This document shows positions 1 to 10,830 of a stretch of DNA of 58,164 nt, in pieces. The translations under genes were made by a program, and so were the position numbers. The number at the start of each line of letters is the position of its first letter. Positions within the stretch are counted from its first letter, which is position 1. Location of the stretch: positions 1-58,164 of the forward strand of contig JAITPW010000084.1 of assembly GCA_031289255.1 (NCBI GenBank), written 5' to 3'. Below the pieces are notes generated by a model. That model saw nothing but the letters and a program-made list of their open reading frames with translations, ran no database searches and was not told the origin of the DNA. Source of the stretch: Bacilli bacterium (GTDB lineage: Bacteria > Bacillota_I > Bacilli_A > JAJDGJ01).

Positions 1-182
<182 letters not shown>

Positions 183-200
183 TTATTATAAATTATTAAT

Positions 201-1004
201 TTATGCAATCTTTTTTGATGATTCCATTTCTTTTTGTTGTTTGATTCTTAGTTTTTCTTTAGCTTCTTTTTTAGCATCCATCTTATCTAAGTCTAATTCA
301 AGACTAGAGAATACTAATGTTAATAAAGTGAAGACAAAAGCTTGAATTCCACCACAGAAAACATCAAAGAAGAAATGAAATGGCGCTGCTAAAATAGCAC
401 TTAAGATATTTAAAGCTGGTCCACCATCAACTTGAGGACTCATAAATATTAAGTTTTGTAAAAAACCAGTTGCTTGGTTAAAAACACTTAATATTAAGGT
501 TCCTGATAAAATATTACCGAAAATACGCATTGACATACTTAATGGTTTAGCAATAATATCCATTAAATTCAATGGTAACATGACAATAACTGGTTGTGTA
601 TACCCTTTTAAAAACTCCTTTGGTCCGTTGTTTTTAAGTTCAAAAACATACTTAAAAGTGAAACTGACCAACACTAATGATAAAGGAATATTATAATCGG
701 TAGTTGGTGGTTCAAATGGTAAGAATAAACCACTTAAATTACAAGTAAGTAATAGAATAAACAACATTCCTGCATAAGGTAGTATTTGTGGGCAATGACC
801 CCGAAACATTGAAGTATATAAATTAGTTATGAAATTATTGAAGAAATCAACAATAACCATTAATTTACCTGGTTTCTTAAAGGGATCTAAATGTTTAATT
901 AGAGTACCAACAATCACAAAGACAACACTTAAGAAAACGACGATGCCCATAAAAGTCCAAGTTTGGGTTGACTGGGCATTGACCCATTTATTAAAGATAT
1001 CCAT
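201..1004 (-). CDS. atpB: F0F1 ATP synthase subunit a
   Basis: 267-aa polytopic ORF containing the subunit-a signature region MRIFGNILSG (essential Arg). It is placed between the atpI-like genes and atpE. Confidence 0.9.
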   Translation of the reverse strand: MDIFNKWVNAQSTQTWTFMGIVVFLSVVFVIVGTLIKHLDPFKKPGKLMVIVDFFNNFITNLYTSMFRGHCPQILPYAGMLFILLLTCNLSGLFLPFEPPTTDYNIPLSLVLVSFTFKYVFELKNNGPKEFLKGYTQPVIVMLPLNLMDIIAKPLSMSMRIFGNILSGTLILSVFNQATGFLQNLIFMSPQVDGGPALNILSAILAAPFHFFFDVFCGGIQAFVFTLLTLVFSSLELDLDKMDAKKEAKEKLRIKQQKEMESSKKIA

Positions 1005-1355
1005 CTATTTAACCTCCTTTTTTATAATTTCTGAGCATAGAATAGCTATTCTAATACTCATACAGCCAATAAAACAACATATCATTCCACTAATATTAAA
1101 TAATTTAAAACTTAAAGTCAGAGCTATTACATAAACAAGCATTCTTAACATAAAACTAAACATACTTTTACTAATAGCTTTTTTAGGATTATTTAATACT
1201 AAAAAATGATCATTAATTACAAAATTGATATTACTAAAAACCATCCCCATGATAACCATTAAGGCATTACTAAAACTTCTACTTATTAATAAGACGATTA
1301 GGGCTATGATTAAAGCAAGACCAATACTATACTTTTTTATTTTATTAATTATCAC
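1005..1355 (-). CDS. atpI: ATP synthase protein I-like small membrane protein
   Basis: 116-aa ORF with 3-4 TM segments, immediately upstream of atpB. The call rests on position and hydrophobicity only. Confidence 0.55.
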   Translation of the reverse strand: MIINKIKKYSIGLALIIALIVLLISRSFSNALMVIMGMVFSNINFVINDHFLVLNNPKKAISKSMFSFMLRMLVYVIALTLSFKLFNISGMICCFIGCMSIRIAILCSEIIKKEVK

Positions 1356-1557
1356 GTGTTAATATCACCAACTTTATTATATTAGCAAGTGCTCCCAGAA
1401 TTCCGACTAAAGCACAAACGATAACAGCTATGCCATTATTATGAAAAAATTGAACATCTAAATACATTCCAATCAGAATTGATCCGACAATATAGCCACC
1501 AATAGCTGTAATAGATGCAATTGTTTTTAAAATCATCCCTTGTTTATTTTGTTCCAA
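1345..1557 (-). CDS. AtpZ/AtpI-family small membrane protein
   Basis: 70-aa ORF with two TM segments that overlaps both neighbours (upp end, atpI start). It occupies the typical position of atpZ in Firmicute atp operons. Confidence 0.5.
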   Translation of the reverse strand: MEQNKQGMILKTIASITAIGGYIVGSILIGMYLDVQFFHNNGIAVIVCALVGILGALANIIKLVILTRDN

Positions 1558-2167
1558 ATAAACGATCTCCAGCGTCCCCTAATCCAGGAACAATATAATT
1601 TTTTTCATTTAAACCCTCATCTAATGCCGCTAAAACAATATCTACATCAGGATGTTTTAATTGCACTGCTTCGATTCCTTGCATTACCCCAACTAAACAT
1701 ACTAGTTTAATTTTCTTAGCCCCAGCGGCTTTAATCATATCAATAACAGCACTAGCACTAACACCAGTAGCCAGCATTGGATCTAAGACCATAACATATC
1801 CATCCGCAATGGTATCTGGTAATTTATTGAAGTATTCAACTGCTTCAAAAGTTTCTTCATCACGATAAACACCGATATGACCAATTTTAGCAGTTGGAAT
1901 TAATTGTCTAATCCCATCAACCATTCCTAATCCTGCTCTTAGTATCGGAACCAGGATAATCTCCTCACTAATTCGCTCTTGCATACTCTGAGCAAGAGGT
2001 GTTTCGATTAATATTTTCTGCGTTTCAATATCTTTGGTAATCTCATAAGCCATCAAACCAGCAATTTCATCTAAATTTTGTCTAAAATCTTTAGTCGATG
2101 TTTCCTTTTTACGCATCATTGTTAATTTGTGTTTTATTAACGGATGATCTAATACGGTAAATCCCAT
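1544..2167 (-). CDS. upp: uracil phosphoribosyltransferase
   Basis: 207 aa. It has the PRPP loop VMVLDPMLATGVSA and the C-terminal YIVPGLGDAGDRLFGTK. Confidence 0.95.
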   Translation of the reverse strand: MGFTVLDHPLIKHKLTMMRKKETSTKDFRQNLDEIAGLMAYEITKDIETQKILIETPLAQSMQERISEEIILVPILRAGLGMVDGIRQLIPTAKIGHIGVYRDEETFEAVEYFNKLPDTIADGYVMVLDPMLATGVSASAVIDMIKAAGAKKIKLVCLVGVMQGIEAVQLKHPDVDIVLAALDEGLNEKNYIVPGLGDAGDRLFGTK

Positions 2168-2169
2168 GT

Positions 2170-2613
2170 TTATTCCCCTTCCATTTTCATCATTTTATGA
2201 ACACGATTTTCATGTCGTCCACCATCAAATGTTGCTTCTAACCAAGTATCGACAATTGATAGTGCTAATCCTATTCCCATAACTCGTTGACCTAAAGCAA
2301 GAACATTACTATCATTATGATTACGAGCCATCTTTGCCATATATTCATTAAGACATAAAGCAGCTCTAATACCATGACATTTATTAGCAGAGATACTTAT
2401 CCCTATTCCCGTACCACAGATAATTATACCCCTAACATTTTCTTCATTCACCGTATTTGCGACTTTTAATGCTACATCAGGATAATCAACACTACTTTTA
2501 TCATAACATCCTGCATCTATTATCTCATAATCTTTTTCTAATAAATACTCTTTGATCATTTCTTTATATTCAAATCCACCATGATCACAACCAATTACTA
2601 TTCTATTCATCAT
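2170..2613 (-). CDS. rpiB: ribose-5-phosphate isomerase B
   Basis: 147 aa. It carries the LacA/RpiB motifs IGCDHGG and ICGTGIGISISANK. Confidence 0.9.
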   Translation of the reverse strand: MMNRIVIGCDHGGFEYKEMIKEYLLEKDYEIIDAGCYDKSSVDYPDVALKVANTVNEENVRGIIICGTGIGISISANKCHGIRAALCLNEYMAKMARNHNDSNVLALGQRVMGIGLALSIVDTWLEATFDGGRHENRVHKMMKMEGE

Positions 2614-3211
2614 AATACTCCTTTTCTATTTGCTCAATACTTATTGGTCCAGCTCGTAAAATACTTATTTTATTATTAATAAAACTAACAACAGTACTAG
2701 CTTGACCATTACTAATATCACCTTTAACAATTCCTGCTATCTTATTATTAAAGGTTTCATAAACATCATCATAATTTACTAAAGCTCTTTGACCCGATAT
2801 ATTAGCTGATGTTACAAATAATGGTATTTCCATATTTTTTAAAAAGGCTAATAATTCTTTACTATCTGGTATTCTAATACCAACCGTACTGGTACAACCA
2901 ATTATCTCGACATCTTCTTTGATTGGTACAACAATAGTTATAGCCCCTGGCATAAACTTATTAATGACTCTTAAAAGCTTAGAATCAACCTGGGCATACT
3001 TAAGAATATCGTTTTTATCATGCAACATTAATGTCAAGGCTTTATTACCATCACGATCTTTAATTTCAAATATTTTATTGTAAGCTAAAAAAGAGTCATA
3101 TCGACAACCTAATCCATAAACAGTTTCCGTTGGAAAAGCGATGACTCCATCATTTTTAATTTGTTGTTTTGCTGCTAAAGATTCACTAAATTCCCATATT
3201 AAAGTCTTCAT
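2603..3211 (-). CDS. tsaC: L-threonylcarbamoyladenylate synthase, single YrdC-domain type
   Basis: 202 aa with the YrdC/Sua5 motif AFPTETVYGLGC. Its position next to rpiB and upp matches the Bacillus ywlC neighbourhood. Confidence 0.85.
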   Translation of the reverse strand: MKTLIWEFSESLAAKQQIKNDGVIAFPTETVYGLGCRYDSFLAYNKIFEIKDRDGNKALTLMLHDKNDILKYAQVDSKLLRVINKFMPGAITIVVPIKEDVEIIGCTSTVGIRIPDSKELLAFLKNMEIPLFVTSANISGQRALVNYDDVYETFNNKIAGIVKGDISNGQASTVVSFINNKISILRAGPISIEQIEKEYYDE

Positions 3212-3413
3212 CTAAAACCCTCTAACTTATTAATAAATTCTTTTAATTTATTATACTCTAAAAAATACTAAATACAATAAAATGAAAGAACTTAATCTTA
3301 TTTATTAGTACTTATTTAATGCTTGTTAACTCTTTCTTTAAATAATATTCATTAATTACTCACAATTTAACTTCTTTAGCTCGTAATTAATCTTTGAAAA
3401 TTATTTTTAAAGA

Positions 3414-3438
3414 CAAAAAAAAATAGGTAGAACCTATT
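3414..3438 (-). terminator. intrinsic terminator of csp
   Basis: The minus strand reads AATAGGT-TCT-ACCTATT followed by a T-run (plus-strand A-run 3415-3423). The hairpin overlaps the csp stop codon. Confidence 0.7.
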
Positions 3439-3631
3439 TTCTTCTAATGTTATTAGCTTGTAATCCTTTTTCTGTTTCTGCAACATCAAAAGTAACTTCT
3501 TCATTTTCTTCTAATGATTTGTATCCATCAGAATCAATTTGGCTAAAATGAGCAAATACTTTTTGTCCATCTTCACCTTCAATAAATCCATAACCTTTTG
3601 TAGCATTAAACCATAAAACTTTTCCGTTCAT
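3434..3631 (-). CDS. cold-shock domain protein
   Basis: 65 aa with an RNP1-like KGYGFI and an RNP2-like VFAHFS. Confidence 0.95.
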   Translation of the reverse strand: MNGKVLWFNATKGYGFIEGEDGQKVFAHFSQIDSDGYKSLEENEEVTFDVAETEKGLQANNIRRK

Positions 3632-3737
3632 TGAATAGCAATTCCTTTCTTAAATAAATATCTGAAATGGCTTTACTACTCTATACTCTATACAAAATTA
3701 GTTTTAAACTATAATGCAATACCGCTATTTCTACTAG

Positions 3738-3746
3738 ATTATACCA
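3738..3746 (-). promoter_or_regulatory. extended -10 (TGGTATAAT) of the csp promoter, implying a 5' UTR of about 100 nt
   Basis: The reverse complement of 3738-3746 is TGGTATAAT. Long leaders are typical of csp genes. Confidence 0.55.
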
Positions 3747-3816
3747 TAACGAAACTACATTACTTTGTTTTTTTTTTCACAATCTATCCACTTCTAATAA
3801 TTACTTTAAAATTATC

Positions 3817-4365
3817 TTATAAGTTATAACCTAATTGATAAGCCTCTTCCAAATATTTCGTTTTGTTGATATCACCAAAACTAACCATGTTATTCACAAG
3901 TAGTTCTTTTTTACTAGTCCATCCCATATACTCATTCATTTGATGATAAACATTTCTTAATGAATCATACTCACTTTCATGAGCATTAAAACAACAACTT
4001 ATTAAATAGCTTTCTTTTATCTGTGATGGTTGCGGACTGATCTTAGGAATAAAAGGATACAATTTATCAATGACCAGTTTCATTTGTCCACTAAAGCCAA
4101 ACCAATATAAGGGACTTACTAAAACAATGACATCAGTATCAAACATCGCTTCTTTTAATAGTTCATTATCATCATCTAAAATACATGGTTTTCCTTTCGA
4201 CCAGCAGGCATTACAACCAAGGCATGGTTTTAAATTAATTTGATAAGCATTGATACTAATAACTTCATGGCCAGCATCCTTTGCACCTTTAATAAATTGA
4301 TCAGCTAATTGATTACTATTACCCTTAGGACGAGGACTACCACTTAAAACAAAAAACTTCTTCAT
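3817..4365 (-). CDS. flavodoxin-like FMN reductase / iron-sulfur flavoprotein (Isf-type)
   Basis: The likely true start is ATG 4363-4365 (AAGGTG just upstream) rather than 4425. It begins FVLSGSPRPKGNS and contains the compact cluster CLGCNACWSKGKPC (C-x2-C-x2-C-x6-C) typical of Isf proteins. Confidence 0.7.
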   Translation of the reverse strand: MKKFFVLSGSPRPKGNSNQLADQFIKGAKDAGHEVISINAYQINLKPCLGCNACWSKGKPCILDDDNELLKEAMFDTDVIVLVSPLYWFGFSGQMKLVIDKLYPFIPKISPQPSQIKESYLISCCFNAHESEYDSLRNVYHQMNEYMGWTSKKELLVNNMVSFGDINKTKYLEEAYQLGYNL

Positions 4366-4512
4366 TTTATTCACCTTTTTTCTTAAATATATGTATAAAT
4401 ACATTATAATCATCAGTATCAACATGTCAATTTATATACTAAGTAAAAAGCTATTTAGGAAAGTTGGTAATAGTGTTATAATAACTCTCATAAATAAAAG
4501 AGGTGTTAAGGT

Positions 4513-6132
4513 ATGGAAGCTTATGTAAATGGTATCATTCATAGTATGGATAATCATCAAATATATCAAGCAATGTTAATTGATAAAGGTATTATTAAAG
4601 CCTTAGGTAGCAATGAAGAAATTAATAAACTAATAAATAAACAAACCATTATTAATGATTTAAATAAGCAAGTTGTTTTACCAGGATTTAATGATTCTCA
4701 TCTTCATGCTTTAATGAGTGCTACTAAAATGAAACAAATTGATTTAAGTAAAGCTCAAAGTATTGATGATATTATCAGAATCGTTAAAAATAATATATCA
4801 AGTAATATGGCTGAAGATGAATGGATAATTGGTTATGGTTGGAATCAAGATTATTTTGAGACTAAGTCCTTTTTTACTAATAAAGATTTAGATTGCATTA
4901 GTACTACTAATCCAATATGTTTAATTAGAGCTTGTGTTCATGTTTGTATTGTTAATAGTAAGGCTTTAGAAATTATTAATCTTGATATAGATAATTATAT
5001 CAATGATCCGGAAATGAATATTGGTCTTAATAAGGAAGGTGAATTAAATGGCTTATTTGGTGAGAAAGCACTAGACTTAGTCTATACTCATTTTAAAACC
5101 TTAAGTCTTAATGATATCAAGAATTTAATCTTAGCGTTTACTAAACACTTAAATAGTTATGGTATTACTTCGATTCAAAGTGATGATTTTACTGCTTTAA
5201 GTAATATTTCTTATGAAATGATTATTAAAGCTTATCAAGAGTTAGCTTTAAGTAATGAATTAAACATCAAAGTCTATCAACAATGTTTATTACCAACGGT
5301 TGAACTTTTTAAAGAATTTCTTCATAAAGGTTATCGTACTAAGCAACAATTTAATAACTATACGATCGGCCCTTTGAAATTATTACAAGATGGTTCTTTA
5401 GGAGCAAGGAGTGCATATCTCCAAGAGCCTTATCATGATGATCCTATTAATCAAGGAATTAGAATCTATGATGATGAAACCTTATTAGCTTTTGGTAATT
5501 TAGCTCAAGAAAATAAAATACAAATTGCTATTCATGGTATCGGTGATGGCGCGATTGCTTCTATTCTAAGGATGTATGAAAGACTCCAAGAAGATTATGA
5601 TATAAGTAATAGTCGTCATGGTATTGTTCATACCCAAATAACTGATCAATTTTTAATTAAAAGAATTAAAGATACATATAGTGTTATCTATGCTCAACCA
5701 ATCTTCTTACATTATGATATTCATATTGTTAAGGAGCGAGTTGGACTTAAAAAAGCTTTAACAAGTTATGCTTTTAAAACATTAATTAAACAACAGACAA
5801 GTGTTTCTTTAGGAACTGATAGTCCTGTTGAATCAGTTAATCCTTTTGATAATATCTACTGTGCTGTTACTAGAAAAGATTTAAATAACAATATGCAAGA
5901 AAGTTTTAATAAAAAAGAATGTTTAAGTATCTATGAAGCTATTAATGCCTATACTAATGAAGGAGCTTATCAATCTTTTAGTGAAGATACTAAAGGTAAT
6001 TTAATGATTAATAAAGAAGCTGATTTCATTATTATTAATCAAGATATCTTTACGATCGATCATGATTTAATCAGAGCAACTAAAGTCTTAAAAACTTATC
6101 TTAATGGTCAATTAGTTTATGAAGCTAAATAA
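4513..6132 (+). CDS. metal-dependent amidohydrolase (Amidohydro_3 / YtcJ-like)
   Basis: 539 aa. Motifs are the N-terminal PGFNDSHLHAL (HxH), HGIGDGA, and GTDSPVE near the C-terminus. Confidence 0.8.
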   Translation: MEAYVNGIIHSMDNHQIYQAMLIDKGIIKALGSNEEINKLINKQTIINDLNKQVVLPGFNDSHLHALMSATKMKQIDLSKAQSIDDIIRIVKNNISSNMAEDEWIIGYGWNQDYFETKSFFTNKDLDCISTTNPICLIRACVHVCIVNSKALEIINLDIDNYINDPEMNIGLNKEGELNGLFGEKALDLVYTHFKTLSLNDIKNLILAFTKHLNSYGITSIQSDDFTALSNISYEMIIKAYQELALSNELNIKVYQQCLLPTVELFKEFLHKGYRTKQQFNNYTIGPLKLLQDGSLGARSAYLQEPYHDDPINQGIRIYDDETLLAFGNLAQENKIQIAIHGIGDGAIASILRMYERLQEDYDISNSRHGIVHTQITDQFLIKRIKDTYSVIYAQPIFLHYDIHIVKERVGLKKALTSYAFKTLIKQQTSVSLGTDSPVESVNPFDNIYCAVTRKDLNNNMQESFNKKECLSIYEAINAYTNEGAYQSFSEDTKGNLMINKEADFIIINQDIFTIDHDLIRATKVLKTYLNGQLVYEAK

Positions 6133-6136
6133 CAAT

Positions 6137-6170
6137 AAAACGTCCTAACAAAAGTTTAGGACGTTTTATT
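6137..6170. terminator. bidirectional intrinsic terminator
   Basis: AAAACGTCCTAA-N7-TTAGGACGTTTT lies between two convergent genes. Confidence 0.8.
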
Positions 6171-6222
6171 ATAAAAATATTTTTAAGAAGAATAATCTTA
6201 TTTTAAGTAATATTAATTTTCA

Positions 6223-6900
6223 TTAATTACTTTTCTTGTTTTTTTGATCTATTTTCCAACAAGTTAAAAATAAGATTCCATAAAATATTATTGAGAAAAC
6301 TAGATTAAGACCAATATTGGTACAACTTATCAATTCAAATGGTATTGAATTGAAACCAGGAGTATCACTTGGTAAGGCCCCCATACCAGTAGGATACATA
6401 TCACGTCTAATAACGTAGCCATAAAAGAAAACAAAATACCCAAAAATAATAATATTTAGTAGTTTAGCTTTTCTATTATAAACAATAAATCCAATTAACA
6501 TAAAATAACTTATATGAGTTAATATTATATTTAACAATTCTATAAAACCTAATATTCCCGAAACATGATTAACTACATTAAACTCATAATATACTATATT
6601 AAAATAATTTGTATATTTAATACCATAGCGTGTTTTATCAAGATTTTCATACATGTATGAGGCGAATTCCGTTCTATTTATTAAGAAACCTAATAAGAAA
6701 TGAAGTCCAATAAAGATAATCACAATTTTTAAAAATAAAGATGTATTACGTATTTTTTTCATTATTAACATTAAATATTTAACAAGTTTATTTTGATATC
6801 GCGAAATATTTCCCTTTGGATTATTATCACTAGTATGCTGGACAAAACTTTCCTTATTTATTATATCCTTATGCTTATTAATTACATTTTTTTCTGACAT
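6223..6900 (-). CDS. hypothetical integral membrane protein
   Basis: 225 aa with a Lys-rich N-terminus followed by about 5 hydrophobic segments. I recognise no family motif. Confidence 0.5.
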   Translation of the reverse strand: MSEKNVINKHKDIINKESFVQHTSDNNPKGNISRYQNKLVKYLMLIMKKIRNTSLFLKIVIIFIGLHFLLGFLINRTEFASYMYENLDKTRYGIKYTNYFNIVYYEFNVVNHVSGILGFIELLNIILTHISYFMLIGFIVYNRKAKLLNIIIFGYFVFFYGYVIRRDMYPTGMGALPSDTPGFNSIPFELISCTNIGLNLVFSIIFYGILFLTCWKIDQKNKKSN

Positions 6901-7178
6901 TTTTCTGTCCTCCTTATAAGTTAAAATTATAGTAATGTAAACATTACTACTGATAATTTAACATAAAAAATACTATATAGCAACATTGTTTGTTTAATAT
7001 GATAAAATTGTAATATTCGATAATAAGTTTTATGAATTTTTTATCTAAAAAATTCATAAATGTATATATAAGAGCTTATTAATCTCGTTCTTTGCTTTTC
7101 GCAAATTTTTAATTACCTTAAAGAGATTATCATATTTTTATAAATTTATTTTATTATTATTACAAAAATCTAGGCATA

Positions 7179-7215
7179 ATAAAAACCTTATATAGTAAAA
7201 TTCCTATATAAGGTT
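7179..7215 (-). terminator. intrinsic terminator at the end of the hut-fhs operon
   Basis: AACCTTATATAG / CTATATAAGGTT forms a 12-bp stem, followed on the minus strand by a T-run. Confidence 0.75.
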
Positions 7216-7232
7216 AATTAATAAATTATAAT

Positions 7233-8900
7233 TTAGAATAAGCCAACAATACGACCATCTTCAAGAACGTCCATTCTTTCAGCTGCTGGTACTTTTGGTA
7301 AACCAGGCATTGTCATGACCGAACCTGTTAAAGCCACAATAAATCCTGCCCCATTAGATACTCTTAATTCTCTTATCGTAATATCAAAGTTTTCTGGTCT
7401 TCCTAATATTTTAGGATCATCAGTTAAACTAGCTGGTGTTTTAGCCATACAAATTGGTAACATATCCAGATCTAATTTCTTTAATAAATCTAAAGTCTTT
7501 TCCGCTTCTTCAGTTAAGATTACTTTACGTGCGCCATAACACTTAGTCGCAATCTTATTTACTTTAGTATTAAATGAATCATTTAAATCATAAATAAATT
7601 GTAATTCTTTATTTTCTTGACATGCACTAACAACAGCATCAGCCAATTCAGCTCCACCTTGACCTCCACGAGCCCATACATCAGATTCAACCATGGTTAC
7701 TTCATTGTCTCGTGCCCAATTAAAGATAGCATCTTTTTCTTTTTTGGTATCAAAAACAAAATTATTTAAAGCTACAACATATGGTAAACCATATTCGTTA
7801 ACTGTTTCAATATGTTTTTCTAAATTGGCAACCCCTTTTAATAAGGCATCAATATTTTCCTCTTTTAATTCCTCTTTAGCTTGGCCCCCATGCATTTTTA
7901 AAGCTCTAATCGTTGCAACAATTACCACACATTTAGGTTTTAAATTTCCGATTCGTGATTTTATATCCATGAATTTTTCACTACCTAAATCAGCTCCAAA
8001 TCCGGCCTCAGTAACAACATAATCCCCTAGCTTCAATGCTAGTTTAGTGGCCATTAATGAGTTACAACCATGAGCGATATTCGCAAAAGGTCCTCCATGT
8101 ACAAACATCCCATTACCTTCTAATGTTTGAACTAGATTAGGTTTTAAAGCATCTTTCATAATCATTGCGACAGCACCAACCGCCTTTAATTGTTGAACCG
8201 TAACTGGTTGACCATCAATGGTGTAAGCAACAATAATACGAGCTATTCTTGCTTTAAAATCGGCCATACTCGTACTTAAACAAAGAATAGCCATTACTTC
8301 ACTAGCAACCGTAATATTAAAACCATCTTCTCTTTCAACACCATTAGCTTTAGAACCTTGACCAATAGTTACTTGTCTTAAAGAACGATCATTCATATCA
8401 ACACATCTTTTCCAGATGATATTGTTTATGTCAATATTCAACTCATTTCCTTGATGAATATGATTATCAATCATCGCTGCTATTAAAGCATTGGCAATGC
8501 CAATGGCATGCATATCACCTGTAAAATGTAAATTAATATCTTCCATAGGTACTACTTGTGAATAACCTCCACCAGCAGCTCCTCCTTTTATTCCAAAAAC
8601 AGGTCCTAAAGAAGGTTCACGAATACAACCGATCGTAAAATGACCTTGTTGATTTAATGCTTCTACTAATCCAACCGTGGTTGTTGATTTCCCTTCACCA
8701 GCACTTGTTGGATTAATAGCTGTCACTAATATTAAATTAGCATCATCTTGCTCTTTTAATTCATCAAAAATCTTTAAATCAACTTTTGCTTTATAATTAC
8801 CATACTTTTCTAAATATTCCTCTTTAATACCTACTTTACCAGCAATTTCTTCAATATTGCGCATTTGGCATGCTTGGGCAATTTCTATATCACTTTTCAT
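7233..8900 (-). CDS. fhs: formate-tetrahydrofolate ligase
   Basis: 555 aa with the P-loop-like [11 protein letters not shown]. Its length and sequence are typical of Fhs. Confidence 0.95.
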   Translation of the reverse strand: MKSDIEIAQACQMRNIEEIAGKVGIKEEYLEKYGNYKAKVDLKIFDELKEQDDANLILVTAINPTSAGEGKSTTTVGLVEALNQQGHFTIGCIREPSLGPVFGIKGGAAGGGYSQVVPMEDINLHFTGDMHAIGIANALIAAMIDNHIHQGNELNIDINNIIWKRCVDMNDRSLRQVTIGQGSKANGVEREDGFNITVASEVMAILCLSTSMADFKARIARIIVAYTIDGQPVTVQQLKAVGAVAMIMKDALKPNLVQTLEGNGMFVHGGPFANIAHGCNSLMATKLALKLGDYVVTEAGFGADLGSEKFMDIKSRIGNLKPKCVVIVATIRALKMHGGQAKEELKEENIDALLKGVANLEKHIETVNEYGLPYVVALNNFVFDTKKEKDAIFNWARDNEVTMVESDVWARGGQGGAELADAVVSACQENKELQFIYDLNDSFNTKVNKIATKCYGARKVILTEEAEKTLDLLKKLDLDMLPICMAKTPASLTDDPKILGRPENFDITIRELRVSNGAGFIVALTGSVMTMPGLPKVPAAERMDVLEDGRIVGLF

Positions 8901-8910
8901 TAATATCCTC

Positions 8911-9549
8911 CTATAATAATTTATTAATTTCTAAAAGACAATCAGTTACTATCTTACGAGCACTTAATTCCATATTTTGACATATTTCTAAAAAAGAAGC
9001 TGCCATTTCGCGATCTTTAAGTCCCCCTGCATTTATTTTAACATTCAGGATTGAACAGTTCATCCCTGCTTCTAATAAATAAATGGCACTACCTAAATCA
9101 CTAATAGCATTAGTATTACCATTTTTTATTAAAACTGGAACAACTAATAAAGCATGATAAGCTTCTTTAGCAGCTTCAAAAGGAACTTTAGTTGCTTTGA
9201 TTGTTGCTTTTTGAATTGTTTCACTTCTTATTTGTTGTTGTTCAGCAGTTTCTTTAGGTAATTTATAAGCAGCCATTATTTCATTAAAAGCTAAAGTATC
9301 TTCATCAACCATTTTTAATAAATTATCATAACTACTAGATAACTTATTAAAAGTACTTAAGAAAACTTCTTGTTCTGATGCTTCTAATGCTAAAAACTTT
9401 TTCTTACTAATAGTAAGATGCCCCATCATTCGAGCTAAGGCAACTCCTAAATTACTGACATAAGCAGCAACACTACCACCACCTGGAGCAGGCAAATCAG
9501 AATCAACATCATTACTAAATGCAATTAATGTTTTATCAATCAATCTCAT
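8911..9549 (-). CDS. fchA: formimidoyl-/methenyl-THF cyclodeaminase/cyclohydrolase family protein
   Basis: 212 aa with the N-terminal motif [10 protein letters not shown], characteristic of the FtcD C-terminal (cyclodeaminase) domain family. Confidence 0.8.
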   Translation of the reverse strand: MRLIDKTLIAFSNDVDSDLPAPGGGSVAAYVSNLGVALARMMGHLTISKKKFLALEASEQEVFLSTFNKLSSSYDNLLKMVDEDTLAFNEIMAAYKLPKETAEQQQIRSETIQKATIKATKVPFEAAKEAYHALLVVPVLIKNGNTNAISDLGSAIYLLEAGMNCSILNVKINAGGLKDREMAASFLEICQNMELSARKIVTDCLLEINKLL

Positions 9550-9562
9550 TATTCATTTCTCC

Positions 9563-10819
9563 TTAATAACATAATTCTTTATTAAATACGACTAATTCAC
9601 CATTCTTAAAGACATCTTTAACATGATTAGATCCAAAATGATAAATCGTATATTCTAAATTTAAAGCATCCATAATAACAAGATCAGCTTTTTTACCAAG
9701 GCTTATTGATCCAACATAATCATTTTGTTGAATGGAACAACTTCCATTAACAATGGCACTATTATAAACTTCAATCGGACTCATTCCATAACCACGACTA
9801 GCAATTTGTAGCGTTAATTGCAGATTTTCATTTGGACATGAACCAGGATTAAAATCAGAACAAATACTTACAGCAATCCCTTTATCAATCATCGTACGAG
9901 CTCGTGCATAAGTCTTACCTAAATTAAAGGATGTTGCTGGTAATAAATTCGCAATGACATTAGCTTGACTCATTAAATCCATATCTTCATCATTAGTAGC
10001 CATTAAATGTTCAGCACTCAAGGCATGAATCTCGGCTGCTAAATTAGCACCACCCATCGATACCACTTCATCAGCATGAATCTTAACAATATAACCTAAT
10101 TCCTGAGCTCTTGATAAAATTCTCTTAGCTTGTTCGCGATTAAAGACGGCATCTTCACAGAAAATATCACAATACTTTGCTAGTTTTAAGCGAGCCACTT
10201 CTGGTAACATCGTATCAATAACAATATCAATATAATCTTGAGGATGTTCCTTATATTCTTCTGGAATCGCATGAGCTGGCATAAAGGTAGAAATAATATC
10301 ACAAGGATGATTTTCATTAAGTAATTCAACAACTTTTAATTGTTTAACTTCCGTTTCTAGATTAAGACCATATCCACTTTTTGCTTCTAAACTTGTAACG
10401 CCATGTAATAACATATTATCTATAAACTTTAGACTCTTGAAATATAACTCATCAAAAGAAGCTTTTCTAGTCGCAGTTACGGTATTTAAGATACCACCAC
10501 CAGCTTTAAGAATATCTAAATAATCAGCCCCTGCTAGTTTTAAAGCATACTCATGTTCTCGTGATCCTCCAAATACTAAATGAGTATGAGCATCAATTAA
10601 ACCAGGAATAACAATAAGCCCTTCGGCATCATGTAATTGACTATCTTTTTCTAAATATTTTGCATAATCACCACTATCATAAGCTTTTATTAAATCATCT
10701 TCAATAACAAGATAAGCATTTTCGATTATTTCACATTTATTTAATTCAGCTTTTTTTACAGGTACTACTTGATGATTAAAGGTATATAATTTTCCAATAT
10801 TATAAATTATGGTAATCAT
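9563..10819 (-). CDS. hutI: imidazolonepropionase
   Basis: 418 aa. An amidohydrolase with GLIDAHTHLVFGGSR, located in the hut operon. Confidence 0.9.
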   Translation of the reverse strand: MITIIYNIGKLYTFNHQVVPVKKAELNKCEIIENAYLVIEDDLIKAYDSGDYAKYLEKDSQLHDAEGLIVIPGLIDAHTHLVFGGSREHEYALKLAGADYLDILKAGGGILNTVTATRKASFDELYFKSLKFIDNMLLHGVTSLEAKSGYGLNLETEVKQLKVVELLNENHPCDIISTFMPAHAIPEEYKEHPQDYIDIVIDTMLPEVARLKLAKYCDIFCEDAVFNREQAKRILSRAQELGYIVKIHADEVVSMGGANLAAEIHALSAEHLMATNDEDMDLMSQANVIANLLPATSFNLGKTYARARTMIDKGIAVSICSDFNPGSCPNENLQLTLQIASRGYGMSPIEVYNSAIVNGSCSIQQNDYVGSISLGKKADLVIMDALNLEYTIYHFGSNHVKDVFKNGELVVFNKELCY

Positions 10820-10830
10820 TAATATTCCCC

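Noticed and set aside
4366-4425. N-terminal extensions in the ORF track, for example MLILMIIMYLYIYLRKKVNK on the flavoprotein. Similar extensions occur at 15373-15387, 15604-15624, 21950-21958, 23431-23451, 31832-31876, 38057-38092, 43272-43289 and 51455-51469.
   Set aside because: In each case a strong SD sits inside the extension at the proper distance from an internal ATG, and that ATG reproduces the conserved N-terminus of the family. The longer forms are therefore artefacts of longest-ORF calling.
7315-8022. Plus-strand ORFs 7315-7539 and 7693-8022 lying inside fhs.
   Set aside because: They are antisense shadow ORFs within a well-supported conserved gene. They have no SD and their composition is low-complexity Ser/Leu/Lys-rich. 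The same reasoning applies to 829-1134, 11743-11973, 30003-30233, 31191-31427, 39083-39292, 41730-41939, 44483-44950, 45932-46135, 48526-48774, 56072-56263 and 56329-56565.
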